Of a DNA stretch of 64,000 nucleotides, positions 8,530-18,958 are shown piece after piece. The position numbers were made by a program, and so were the translations under genes. Position 1 is the first letter of the stretch, and each line of letters begins with the position of its first letter. Below the pieces are notes generated by a model, which was not told the DNA's origin, did no database searches, and saw nothing but the letters and a program-made list of their open reading frames with translations. Origin of the DNA: Methanobacteriota archaeon (GTDB lineage: Archaea > Thermoplasmatota > Thermoplasmata > SG8-5 > JAGLSY01); the NCBI GenBank assembly GCA_020696385.1, contig JAEHCQ010000004.1, positions 32,001 through 96,000 on the forward strand, written 5' to 3'.

Positions 8530-11500
8530 ATGCCTGAAGAAAAAACCGGATCATATGCCGTGATGGCTCTGGAGGAACAAACCTACCTGTCGATGGCCCA
8601 CCTTATTCAGAAATATGTGAATGAGGATAAGACCATCATCACGCTCGTTGCCACTTCTTCTGGAAAGGAATTGATCGAGGTCCTGGAGGGCATGGGCCCG
8701 GAAATGCAGGGTCTTGGAGAGAAGAACCAGCTCATTGTGATAGACTGGTTCTCATATCAGATATCCCAGGTCATCGGTGTTGAGGAGGAAGATAACTTAC
8801 TCCTATGTGCCAGGGCTCTTTTGAATGTGAACATGGCCGTGAACAAGGCCATCAAGATGCTGGAAGGATCTGAGAATATCGTATTTATAACCGATATTCT
8901 CCAACAATCTGTGGATATCTTCGGACCAGATGCCGCGATGGACTTCATGAGAAAGAACATGAGCAAGATGCATGATAAGAATATCACATCCGTCCATGTC
9001 ATATCCCCCAGCTTCGTGGAGCATGATATAGTTAATCGAATGCATGTCCAGTTAGGTCAGCCAGTCGATGTTGGATCGATCGTCGGAACCAGGATCGAGA
9101 CCTCGGACCTGATACTGGATGATAAGGGCACGATCGAGAACATAATCAATTTCCTTGGACTTTCTGTCGGTGAGGATTCTACCGATATTCAATTCTACTT
9201 GTGCGGGAACTGTGGGGCATTCCTGAACGAGCGCAGTGTGTTCTGCCCAATATGCCACTTCGCGGTGGAGGAAGACGCGGTAACTGACGAGATCCTGTCC
9301 CGCTGTTCGAGTTGCGGGGCATTGATAAGTTCCATCTCCCAGGATTGTGGAGTATGTGGGGAGATGTTCAGCCAGGACCTGGCAGCAGAAGCATTGGGTA
9401 AGGAGCTGGCGGAGGAGCATGATGATCTCCTTGAAACGATACCGGAGATCGATTTCCAAATGTGCAGTTCCTGTGGGACCTTTGTGGAAGGGGATATGGA
9501 AATATGCCCAAAGTGCGGGGAGATGATATCCACCGAGGTCTATGATGACATATTGGATATGGACCTGGAGGAAAAGCCAGATATGGATAGGCTGGAGACA
9601 GCTCCTGACCTCGATATCGGCATATGCGATTCCTGTGGCGCATTCCTGGGCAAGGGATCCCAGAGTTGTCCGAATTGCGATGAGATCCTAGACATGAAGG
9701 AATTCAGACTGGATGATGACCTCATCAATTCTTTGGGAGACCTGGAGGACGAGATGGGGGATATCGGCCCCTTGTCGAAAGAATTGACTGGTGTTCTATC
9801 CAGGGATCTGAATATTCCAGATGAGGATCCGGAGGAAGAAATCGACCTTCTCGAAACGGTTCCTACCATTGGTTTCACGGTCTGTGATTCCTGTGGAACT
9901 TTCGTTATGGGCGATTCCCGTTCATGCCCAAATTGTAAACAAATGGCGGTCGAAGAGAAGGATATACTGAAGGACGAAGTTCTCAGATCGCATATGGAGG
10001 ATCTCGAGGACGAGATGTTCTCCCTGGATCTATTGGAGTTGAAGGATGAGGATCTGGAAGAGGTCGATATTGTCGAACATGATACAGAAAGCGTATCCGT
10101 TGAGCATGATCCTGATGCGGCATTCGAAGAGGACTGGCTGCTATTGGAATTGGATGGACTGGATGACCTGGAGGAGGCATTGGCCGATACGGGTCCCGAT
10201 GCATTGGAAGAGGCATTATTGGCTGATTTATCATCGGCAGATGCGACAGAAAATATTGCATCTACCGATGATTATGAACTTGACCTGGATGACCTCGATC
10301 TGGATCTGGTAGATGATCCAGAATATGAACCTGAGCCAATCCTCGAGGAAGAGCCAGATGAGAACGTGGATGAACTCCTCGATTCTCTTGTCTTTGATTT
10401 TGATGAAGCTGATGAGCCAGATGCTCCACCGACCCCCATTGTCTTTGGTATCGATGGAGAAATAATTGAAGATCCAATAAAATTGGGTCATACGGATATG
10501 GAGGAAGTCGAGTCAGATGAAGAGATCCAGGATCTTCTCAATTCTCTTGAATTCACCATGGATGATGAAGTTGATGATGATGATGATCAGGAATATGAGA
10601 TCATCGATCTTGATGAAAGCCAGCATCATGATGACTACACCGAGGAAGAGTTGGAGGATGTATTGGATTCCCTGGTGTACGATGTGTCTGCTGAGAAGAT
10701 ATCACATTCCAGTGACCTCGAACTCTCTGAAAAGATGAGAAGGGAATTTGGCCATGCACATGGATTGACCAACGGTCAGGGACGTACTAATGGCCTGACC
10801 AATGGCCAAGGTGTTGCCCATGGTTTGACCAATGGAATAGGTCGAACGAACGGTATGACCAATGGTGTTGGCAGGACTAATGGTCTTACGAATGGCCAAG
10901 GCCGCACCAATGGCCTTACAAACGGTATGGGTAGAACCAATGGGATCACCAATGGCATGGGCAGGACGAACGGCCTTACAAATGGCCTGACCAATGGTTT
11001 GGTCAATGGCTCTGGCCTCGTGAACGGTGATGGCTTCTTAAATGGTGATTCTCTCGCTGAAAGAAAGCTGGATATATCCATATTGAGAAAAAATCGACAG
11101 AGAGCGCGTAGATGGAAAATTGGCCTTTTATCCATGATCATCGTGATATCCCTGATCATGTATGTTCCGATATTCACCGATAATATGAGCGAGATCGACA
11201 GAAGGGACATCTCGATAGATGGATCTTTCAATGACTGGAACAAGTTCCACACTCATATGGACAGAGTGTCGGATGTCATTAATCAGGATATAGATCTGGT
11301 GGATACGAAATTCTCTTTTGATGATCCCTATCTTGATATATTCCTTCAGGTGGATGGAACCATCCTGGGGGGCGATGGTGCGAATGGTACTGGCGTGGAT
11401 TCCATCTACGTTCTAATGGATGCAGATAGAAATCCCGATACTGGCTATTCCATCGACCACATGGGCATGGATGTTTTGATCGATATCCAGGGCTATGGAA

Positions 11501-13926
11501 ATCATGTAGCAGGGTCCGAGATGCTTAGATTCAATGATGCCAATGATAATGATGACTGGAATGGTTTCAGGTTTGAAAGACCCGTATCCAGTAAGATCAA
11601 TGAAAATATGATCGAGCTGAGGGTGGCGATGAATAGCATAATGGATCCCGAACACCCGTCCATCCTTGTCATCACCAGGGATTCGGAAGGTAATTCGGAT
11701 ATATCTGATGGAATCATGGTGCCGGATATGGCATCCCTTTCCATCCGATCGGATGCTGGCAATTCGAATGACATATTATTCTCAAATGAGATCCTTTCAT
11801 CTTCCTTCGAGTTCGTGTCTTATGGGGATGATATCGAGCTTGATTCATTGGATATTCGATTATTGGGAACAGCCAGCCCGAATATTCTTTCACAATTATC
11901 AGTTTACAAGGATATGAATTTCAATGGAATAGTGGAGCCAGTGATCGACGAGTTGATCGCTCTGCAAACCACCACGATAGATCGCTCACTCCATCTGGAA
12001 TTCGCAGATCCTATCACCCTATCACCATCTGAGAGGACGGTGCTCATTCTTTCATCCACTTTGATAGGAGCGGAGAATGGCCAGACCATTGGTTTCCAGC
12101 CTCTGGATGCTGGAATCGGAAATGAGATCATATTGGATATTGACACTGATATATCATTTATTCATCATTTTGGCACGCCATCTGATACAAAAATAGATGG
12201 CGCTTTCGGTGATTGGCAGTCCATATCACCGAATGTCGATGCTGCCAATGACCAGGCGATTCCCGGTCAGGATATCAGCCAGATGAAATTCGTGAACAGG
12301 AATGTGGATATCAGGGATTATCGAATAAGTATGGATGATGAGCTGAATATCTACGCGTCCGTGGCCGGGATCGCGATGGGAGGTTCGACAATACCAGTGC
12401 TCAGATATCGTACAATTCCATCCACCTCTAATATAACACCTCCGCCCGTGGTTCCAGTGGACTCGGACAATGATGGTGTTCCGGATATCGTGGATGGCCC
12501 TGGCGGCTCTCTTGCCAATGATTTCAATAATGATGGAATTGATGATGCATCCTCCAGCGGGGATCGTGATGGTGACAATATTATCGACTATAGCTCTGGA
12601 GGTGCGGATCACTGGCTCAATACCACCATCCCACAGAGCTTTGACAGCAATTATTCTGGCAGGTCTATAAGCCGTTATATTGGCCCTGTCAAGCACATTG
12701 AGAAAAAGGGCATGGACCATCTGCAGATATTCATAGATGCGGATGATGATATCGAAACAGGCCATTATGTAGATGGCTTGCTGGGTGCGGATCATCTAGT
12801 TCTTCTTACTGGCAAATCGAATACGATAATCTCCAGTGAGGTATATTTCTATGATGAAACATCGAATGGGATACCATGGACCTATTCCGGCAAAGCATCC
12901 GGGGCCAATGACCTATCCCGGATGGAGATCGGCATCCCTATCGAACTTGTCGGTGTGTCAAGACAATCCGATATCTCCATCGCTCTGGAAATGTCCGATT
13001 GGAGAAATACAGTGGATACCACGAACAGCATCAGACACATTGCCGAGGCTGTCAGATCATCCAGATCGATAGGCCCCGAGGAACCTGTTTCAGATCCAAT
13101 CGATCCAATGGCTCCCAAGCTACCCAATATGTCCATATCCAAAACAGCCAATGTGACTACCGCCCAGCCAGGTGACCTGATAACCTATGAAATATGGTAC
13201 AACAATACTGGTGCTGGGAAGGCCTGGGATGTTCAGATCGATGATGTACTTCCAGCGAATATTGATTATGTTATTGCCAATCCACTGCCCGCGACGATAG
13301 TTGGCCAGGATCTTGGCTGGACATTCAATCAGGTTGCCAGGCAGACCTCGAACCTTATAACTATCGAGGTGCAGGTGAATGCCAATGCGACCGATCTGGA
13401 ATCGCTGTCCAATTCCGTTATCCTGACCCATTCCTTGGGGGCAGATGCATCATGGGCCAATGTCACCTGCCAGCGACCTGTTATCGATATTCAGAAGGTC
13501 GCCAATGTCACATCGGCCTATGCCAATGATTCCATCATGTACACCATATTCTACAATAATACTGGATCCAACAATGCGGGCAATGTATGGATAAATGACA
13601 CATTGCCTTCTGGTATTATCTTCGATAGTGCGGTTCCAGCTCCTGCGACGATCGTCGGCCAGGATCTTGGCTGGTACTTCACGGATGTCGCGCCTGGCTC
13701 ACATGCGATCTTCATCAATGTGAGTGTCAATTCCACTCCACTTGCTGGTTCTATCGATAACTGGGCTCTTTTGAACTACACGGCCTCCAATGGCTACATG
13801 CTTTTGCCAGACAATGATGTGGCATCTATCAATATAATCGTAATTGATGAGTTCAGTAATATCTTATCAATTATCTTAATAACAATCGCAGGCATCTTCA
13901 TCATGCAGATCAGGCAGAGGCCTTAG
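8530..13926 (+). CDS. Giant membrane protein: degenerate KaiC-like N-domain, 5 zinc ribbons, acidic linker, GxTNG repeats, TM helix, extracellular beta domains, DUF11-like repeats, PEF-CTERM-like tail
   Basis: CxxCG(A/T)...CxxC x5; KIGLLSMIIVISLIMYVPIF TM; IDGxFxDW x2; DSDNDGVPD calcium-binding-like motif; SKTAN...PGDLITYEIWYNNTG-type repeat x2; IDEFS-hydrophobic-RQRP tail. Confidence 0.85.
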   Translation: MPEEKTGSYAVMALEEQTYLSMAHLIQKYVNEDKTIITLVATSSGKELIEVLEGMGPEMQGLGEKNQLIVIDWFSYQISQVIGVEEEDNLLLCARALLNVNMAVNKAIKMLEGSENIVFITDILQQSVDIFGPDAAMDFMRKNMSKMHDKNITSVHVISPSFVEHDIVNRMHVQLGQPVDVGSIVGTRIETSDLILDDKGTIENIINFLGLSVGEDSTDIQFYLCGNCGAFLNERSVFCPICHFAVEEDAVTDEILSRCSSCGALISSISQDCGVCGEMFSQDLAAEALGKELAEEHDDLLETIPEIDFQMCSSCGTFVEGDMEICPKCGEMISTEVYDDILDMDLEEKPDMDRLETAPDLDIGICDSCGAFLGKGSQSCPNCDEILDMKEFRLDDDLINSLGDLEDEMGDIGPLSKELTGVLSRDLNIPDEDPEEEIDLLETVPTIGFTVCDSCGTFVMGDSRSCPNCKQMAVEEKDILKDEVLRSHMEDLEDEMFSLDLLELKDEDLEEVDIVEHDTESVSVEHDPDAAFEEDWLLLELDGLDDLEEALADTGPDALEEALLADLSSADATENIASTDDYELDLDDLDLDLVDDPEYEPEPILEEEPDENVDELLDSLVFDFDEADEPDAPPTPIVFGIDGEIIEDPIKLGHTDMEEVESDEEIQDLLNSLEFTMDDEVDDDDDQEYEIIDLDESQHHDDYTEEELEDVLDSLVYDVSAEKISHSSDLELSEKMRREFGHAHGLTNGQGRTNGLTNGQGVAHGLTNGIGRTNGMTNGVGRTNGLTNGQGRTNGLTNGMGRTNGITNGMGRTNGLTNGLTNGLVNGSGLVNGDGFLNGDSLAERKLDISILRKNRQRARRWKIGLLSMIIVISLIMYVPIFTDNMSEIDRRDISIDGSFNDWNKFHTHMDRVSDVINQDIDLVDTKFSFDDPYLDIFLQVDGTILGGDGANGTGVDSIYVLMDADRNPDTGYSIDHMGMDVLIDIQGYGNHVAGSEMLRFNDANDNDDWNGFRFERPVSSKINENMIELRVAMNSIMDPEHPSILVITRDSEGNSDISDGIMVPDMASLSIRSDAGNSNDILFSNEILSSSFEFVSYGDDIELDSLDIRLLGTASPNILSQLSVYKDMNFNGIVEPVIDELIALQTTTIDRSLHLEFADPITLSPSERTVLILSSTLIGAENGQTIGFQPLDAGIGNEIILDIDTDISFIHHFGTPSDTKIDGAFGDWQSISPNVDAANDQAIPGQDISQMKFVNRNVDIRDYRISMDDELNIYASVAGIAMGGSTIPVLRYRTIPSTSNITPPPVVPVDSDNDGVPDIVDGPGGSLANDFNNDGIDDASSSGDRDGDNIIDYSSGGADHWLNTTIPQSFDSNYSGRSISRYIGPVKHIEKKGMDHLQIFIDADDDIETGHYVDGLLGADHLVLLTGKSNTIISSEVYFYDETSNGIPWTYSGKASGANDLSRMEIGIPIELVGVSRQSDISIALEMSDWRNTVDTTNSIRHIAEAVRSSRSIGPEEPVSDPIDPMAPKLPNMSISKTANVTTAQPGDLITYEIWYNNTGAGKAWDVQIDDVLPANIDYVIANPLPATIVGQDLGWTFNQVARQTSNLITIEVQVNANATDLESLSNSVILTHSLGADASWANVTCQRPVIDIQKVANVTSAYANDSIMYTIFYNNTGSNNAGNVWINDTLPSGIIFDSAVPAPATIVGQDLGWYFTDVAPGSHAIFINVSVNSTPLAGSIDNWALLNYTASNGYMLLPDNDVASINIIVIDEFSNILSIILITIAGIFIMQIRQRP
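10762..11049 (+). repeat. Coding tandem repeat (GLTNG-x-GRTN, ~10-aa period)
   Basis: GLTNGQGRTNGLTNGQGVAHGLTNGIGRTNGMTNGVGRTN...; synonymous codons vary between units. Confidence 0.9.
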
Positions 13927-16900
13927 CACTAGCACCTGCACTAACACCTTGCTGGTCCGACTTCTTTTTCCCGATCATCGACACGCATTTGAGTGCCTCG
14001 TCCTGCTTTCCCATCTTCATAAGTACATAGCCCTTATTGATCCAGGCATCCTTATAATTCGGATCAAGCTTGATCGCCCTATTGTAGTTCTTCAGGGCCT
14101 CGATATAATTCTCCTTTCTGGCAAATGCATTTCCTCTATTGTTCCAGGCGATTATGTACCTGGGATTGGCGATCAATGCATTATTGTATGATTCCAGGGC
14201 ACTGTCCATGTTCCCAAGTTTGGAATATGCATTTCCCTTGCTCACCCAAGCGACCTCGTTATTGGGATTGATGGAAAGGGCCATGTCCAGGCATTCGATC
14301 CCTTCCTTCAATTTTCCCATTAATATCAGGGTCGCACCTTTGCTATACCAGGGGACATCGTATTCCCTCGGATCACTGACTTTCGATACGGTTGTATCAT
14401 TGCTTTTCTCAAGTGCGCGATCATAGGATCTCAATGCCTTTTTGTAATCTTTATTGAGATAGTCCAAGTCTCCTCGAACGATCTCTGTCTCTATCGATGT
14501 ATGCAGATTTCTCTCATAGGCAAGGAGTATGGCACTGGCCACAATGAGGAATATGCCTATCCCGGCTATTATCGCTCCCGGGGGCTGGATGGGGGAATAC
14601 GCCCACTGCTCGAAATAATAAAGCTCTCCGATGGCGAATAGGAATAAGAATATGGTTCCAGATAACCACAGATGGATATAGCGAACCTTGCTCCTTATCC
14701 AGATTATGCCAATGCCGATCATGATTATACCAGTGGACAGGAGCATTTTATCCACCAGAGGGTCCTCGATCATCATACCCGCGAACCAGTGTAGGAGAAT
14801 GAAGGATATTATCAGCCCCCCGATCATGAATACGGATCCTCTATACAGATCGCCTTTCATGAATATGGATCTTGATGTGACCAGCATGATGATGGCGAAT
14901 ATCAGGATAATACCGAATATTATGGCCAGTGAAATTGGATTCACTGGTATGTAAGATGCAAGTGCGACATAGAATATGGATGTCAAAAGGGAAGCGATGA
15001 CCCCGTATTCCCATCCAGAGTGACCGAGATACTGTGGCCCTCCAGTGGTCTCCACCATGGCATGGGATCTGAAGGGAACGTGGACATCGTCATGAGTATC
15101 ATCGAGCATATCCTCTCCAGCATCGATGTCTATCTGGCTTGTGGGAATGGTCGTGGTCGGATCTTCCTCAGTTTCGTCCTCATAAACTTCGACCTCTTCA
15201 TACTCGATGTCGTCGTCAACCTCAACTTCCTCATACTCTATTCCATCATCAATTTCTACCTCTTCGTATTCGATCTCATCCCCATCTGAATTTACATAGA
15301 CCTCGACATCTTCATACTCGGTATCGTCATCAGTCTCAACTTTCTCAGATTCGATCTCACCATCCACTTCGGAATCATCGTATTCGATTATTTCCTCATA
15401 GTCACCGTGGTGGACACCCTCTTTAATATCTTCTTCAGAGAGGGATAGAGTATCATATTCCACATCTCTATCTTGATGGATATCATCATCATCCAGATAT
15501 CCATCCACTTTTATTTCATCTTTATCTATGTGCAGATCTACCAGGTCCAAACCTTCCAATTCATCTTCTTCGGACGGCACAACTATTGATTCGGCCATCG
15601 TCTCGTCAATGTCTATCAAAAGCTCATCCAGATCGTCTTCTATCTCATTCATTTCCTGAACAAGGCCATAGAATTTGGCCTTGTTAATTATGTAATTGGC
15701 CTTGGTTAGTTGCCCTTCTTCATAGGCCTTTTCTATCCTGGCCAGTTTTTCCTCATTTGACAGTTCCGGGCTCTTTTTCTGACCCGGTGATTCAGGCTCT
15801 TTCTTTTCAAGGATGAGATCATCCATATCATCTTCCATCTCATTAAGATGATCAATGGCACTTTCCCTTGTCAGATCGGGAATACCCAATTCGATGATAT
15901 CCGATATGTCCACCCTGTCATCATAGGACATCTCCTCTTCAATATCTACTTCATTATCGAGGAATGTGAAGCCACATACTTCACAATCTCCAGCCCCCAC
16001 CCCGAACTTCGATCCGCAGTTGGGACAAACACTGTCTGAAAGAATGACAGAGTCATCCTCCAGATCCATCACGATGCCATCATCCAGGCTCTGGCCACGC
16101 GATAAGTCTGAATCGCAGACCGAGCAAGCTGCGGCATTCGCTGAAACAAATGCTCCACAATCCGGGCAGAGTTCCAGTTCGCCACCGATCCTTTCCTCGG
16201 GAGATGTATCTCGTAATTCCAGCACTCCCAGTGCTTTTTTCAGGATATCCATTGGGTCATCCGCGTCCTTGCCCATCTCCAGGACATCATCTGCTTGGAT
16301 GGATTGCAGTAGGTTTACATCGACATCGGCTCCGCACACATTGCATGAATCTGAATCTGCTCTGATGAAAGCCCCACACTCGCCACAGATGGACATTTCA
16401 TCATGCCCATCAGTGGGCAGTTCCGTGTATATGATATCTGGAAGGTCTTGTTTTTCTGTCTGGCACACGGGACATTTTTGCTCATCCTGTGGAATGAAAG
16501 CCCCACATTTCTGACATATTCCGATATCATCAATATGTTCGGCCATTGGGTCCGGATCCAGTATGACATCATCCAGTATTCCGAGTATGGATCTCAAAGC
16601 GGTCTCCGTGTTCTTTCCATCATCCTCAATGGCCACAATCTCATCATCTTTCTCAATACCCAGATATCCACCGGATCTTATGTCATTTCCACAAACATTG
16701 CATTCTTTTGAGGATGGGGAAACAAATGCTCCACATTCGCCACATAGCATGATCTCATCGCCACCATCTCCTTCTATGGATATATCTCTGGACACTCTTT
16801 CGCTTATGGATTCCACGATCCTGGTCTTCTCTATTTCTTCACTGATATTGATGTGAAGTATGTCGGCATCATCAGCATGGTCACCTTCATGTTCGTCACC

Positions 16901-17485
16901 TGCCAGGCCTGGCCTGATATCGAGCACGATATCAGGATCTTCATCGAATAGATCCACGTCCTCAATATCCGGTATTTTGTCAATGACCGAGATCAGATCA
17001 TCTGGATCATCTATATTATCCAGTTCCAGAATAAGCTCATCCTCTTCCTGCACATCATTCTCGATGAGAAGGTTCAGCAGGTCACTATCATATTCCATCC
17101 CATCCGTATCTTCTCCATCCTCTTCGTCGAGGGGTATTCCACAATTGGGACACTCATTGGAATCCGAGCTGATGAAGGCTCCACACCCGGAGCAAAGGAA
17201 CAGGGTGACGGCTTCCTTTTCCCCCTCTGGTGAGATATTGTCATTCTCTTCGATCTTCATATCACAATTGGAGCATTCCCGTGCTCCTTTTTCCAATGAT
17301 CCTCCACACCTTGGGCAAGCAATCCCTAAGGTATCTAAGTCTTCATCTATCAGATCATTCAGACCCTTATCGAACTCCTCATCCACTTCCTCTTCCAATG
17401 GCTTGTTACAATTGGGACAAATAGAGGCCTCCTCGTTTATGAAGGCGCCACAAAATGGGCATAGATAAAGTGCGGAATCGCTCAA
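13910..17485 (-). CDS. Large membrane protein: 8 zinc ribbons, acidic region, SHOCT-like motif, ~6 TM helices, C-terminal TPRs
   Basis: CxxCG...CxxC x8; EEKLARIEKAYEEGQLTKANY; hydrophobic block; TPRs AWVSKGNAY, AWNNRGNAF, AWINKGYVL; TTG start after AGGAG. Confidence 0.85.
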   Translation of the reverse strand: MSDSALYLCPFCGAFINEEASICPNCNKPLEEEVDEEFDKGLNDLIDEDLDTLGIACPRCGGSLEKGARECSNCDMKIEENDNISPEGEKEAVTLFLCSGCGAFISSDSNECPNCGIPLDEEDGEDTDGMEYDSDLLNLLIENDVQEEDELILELDNIDDPDDLISVIDKIPDIEDVDLFDEDPDIVLDIRPGLAGDEHEGDHADDADILHINISEEIEKTRIVESISERVSRDISIEGDGGDEIMLCGECGAFVSPSSKECNVCGNDIRSGGYLGIEKDDEIVAIEDDGKNTETALRSILGILDDVILDPDPMAEHIDDIGICQKCGAFIPQDEQKCPVCQTEKQDLPDIIYTELPTDGHDEMSICGECGAFIRADSDSCNVCGADVDVNLLQSIQADDVLEMGKDADDPMDILKKALGVLELRDTSPEERIGGELELCPDCGAFVSANAAACSVCDSDLSRGQSLDDGIVMDLEDDSVILSDSVCPNCGSKFGVGAGDCEVCGFTFLDNEVDIEEEMSYDDRVDISDIIELGIPDLTRESAIDHLNEMEDDMDDLILEKKEPESPGQKKSPELSNEEKLARIEKAYEEGQLTKANYIINKAKFYGLVQEMNEIEDDLDELLIDIDETMAESIVVPSEEDELEGLDLVDLHIDKDEIKVDGYLDDDDIHQDRDVEYDTLSLSEEDIKEGVHHGDYEEIIEYDDSEVDGEIESEKVETDDDTEYEDVEVYVNSDGDEIEYEEVEIDDGIEYEEVEVDDDIEYEEVEVYEDETEEDPTTTIPTSQIDIDAGEDMLDDTHDDVHVPFRSHAMVETTGGPQYLGHSGWEYGVIASLLTSIFYVALASYIPVNPISLAIIFGIILIFAIIMLVTSRSIFMKGDLYRGSVFMIGGLIISFILLHWFAGMMIEDPLVDKMLLSTGIIMIGIGIIWIRSKVRYIHLWLSGTIFLFLFAIGELYYFEQWAYSPIQPPGAIIAGIGIFLIVASAILLAYERNLHTSIETEIVRGDLDYLNKDYKKALRSYDRALEKSNDTTVSKVSDPREYDVPWYSKGATLILMGKLKEGIECLDMALSINPNNEVAWVSKGNAYSKLGNMDSALESYNNALIANPRYIIAWNNRGNAFARKENYIEALKNYNRAIKLDPNYKDAWINKGYVLMKMGKQDEALKCVSMIGKKKSDQQGVSAGASAKASA

Positions 17486-17627
17486 AGTGATAGTCTCCTG
17501 TTTGATGTTACGGACAGTTTTTTATATATCTGTTAAGACTTATAAATAGATTTGCAGAATAATTATAAATTAATCCATCTTATGCAAATGATTAAAATAT
17601 GGTTAGCTATATTGGAGAACGGAAATC

Positions 17628-18380
17628 ATGCCCTCAGAAAATATTATTGAAAGAGAACGTTGCGTTACAGGAATAGATGGTTTGGATAATATTCTGAATG
17701 GAGGGATACCCAGAGGAAATACCATTTTGTTCACAGGCAGTTGCGGTACTGGAAAGACCACACTGTCCCTTGAATTTTTAGTGCATGGAGCTCTGGCCGA
17801 TGAGAATTCCCTTTTCGTATCTGTCACAGAGTCATCAGATAAATTGACAACCAATGTCATTCCTTACGACTTCTTCGAGGAATCCCTGATCAAGACAGGA
17901 AAATTGGCCTTTGTCGATATGCCAGTCATCTACGAGAGACTTGGCTTGACAAATGTGGAGTTCAGTCTGGAGGATGTGGATACCCTGGTACGAGCATTGG
18001 GGAATCTTGTGGACGAGCTTTCTGTGAAACGACTCGTCATTGACTCCATAACCTCTGTTTGCTATAGATTGAAAACAGAGGAAAAAATAAGGGAATTCAT
18101 ATTGAAGATAGGAAAGGCTCTTTCTAATAGGGGATGCACCAGTCTCTTGATATCCGAAATATCACCATCCGCAGATAGATATTCTCTATACGGGGTTGAG
18201 GAAGCCATAGCAGATGGGATCGTCCTAATGGGGAACTATGAACGCAGGGGAGATCTTTTGAGAACATTGCAGGTGGTCAAGATGAGGGGGACAACACATT
18301 CCAGAGCCAAATATGTCCTGGACCTGACACCTGCGGGTGTGCTTCTTGTTCCATTGCTCAAGGGCGGTGGAGGTATATGA
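17628..18380 (+). CDS. Single-domain KaiC-like ATPase
   Basis: TGIDGLDNILNGGIPRG, Walker A GSCGTGKT, Walker B LVIDS, VVKMRG. Confidence 0.93.
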   Translation: MPSENIIERERCVTGIDGLDNILNGGIPRGNTILFTGSCGTGKTTLSLEFLVHGALADENSLFVSVTESSDKLTTNVIPYDFFEESLIKTGKLAFVDMPVIYERLGLTNVEFSLEDVDTLVRALGNLVDELSVKRLVIDSITSVCYRLKTEEKIREFILKIGKALSNRGCTSLLISEISPSADRYSLYGVEEAIADGIVLMGNYERRGDLLRTLQVVKMRGTTHSRAKYVLDLTPAGVLLVPLLKGGGGI

Positions 18381-18958
18381 TCAAATCACCTGGTGATCTG
18401 GCGAATGAGCTTCATGAGCTCCCTCCTTCTTCTGCAATTAATCTCAAGATAGTCAGTGACAGTTATTTCGATGCCATAAGGGGAATAGTGGATATCTTCG
18501 CCAATAAGAAGAATTTAAATGTGATCTATATCACCGTGGCTATTCCATCACATTCGATAATCGATGTCCTCAAGATACTGGAGATCGACCTCACCAATAT
18601 CTACTTCGTGGATTGTGTTTCCCATATCATGATAGGTGGAGCCAAGAAATACAAGAACGTGCTCTATGTGGAGAGCCCCACGATGTTGGAGAATATCATG
18701 CTGAAAGTGGAATACCTCATAAGGAAGTCCGAGGGCAAGAACAATGTGATAGTTCTTGACGCGATCAATGCTCTGGGTATTCACAATAATATGAAGATAC
18801 TATCTGAATTCTTGCATATTTTTATAAACAATCTGAGGGCGAAGGATGCTTATTCCATGGTCTTCACGATGGAAGAGTTCAGCACTGATGAGATATCCAA
18901 TATGATGAAGCTGGTTTGCGATACCACAATAACCATCGGAGGTGGTGGAGATGGCTGA
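18377..18958 (+). CDS. Degenerate KaiC/RecA-fold protein (DUF835-like, no Walker A)
   Basis: VIYITV, YFVDCVS, IVLDAINAL, LVCDTTITI strand pattern typical of inactive KaiC-like domains; ATGA overlap. Confidence 0.7.
   Translation: MIKSPGDLANELHELPPSSAINLKIVSDSYFDAIRGIVDIFANKKNLNVIYITVAIPSHSIIDVLKILEIDLTNIYFVDCVSHIMIGGAKKYKNVLYVESPTMLENIMLKVEYLIRKSEGKNNVIVLDAINALGIHNNMKILSEFLHIFINNLRAKDAYSMVFTMEEFSTDEISNMMKLVCDTTITIGGGGDG

Noticed and set aside
10776-11252. Antisense ORF with PLVRP repeats
   Set aside because: Mirror of the GxTNG coding repeat, with no independent support
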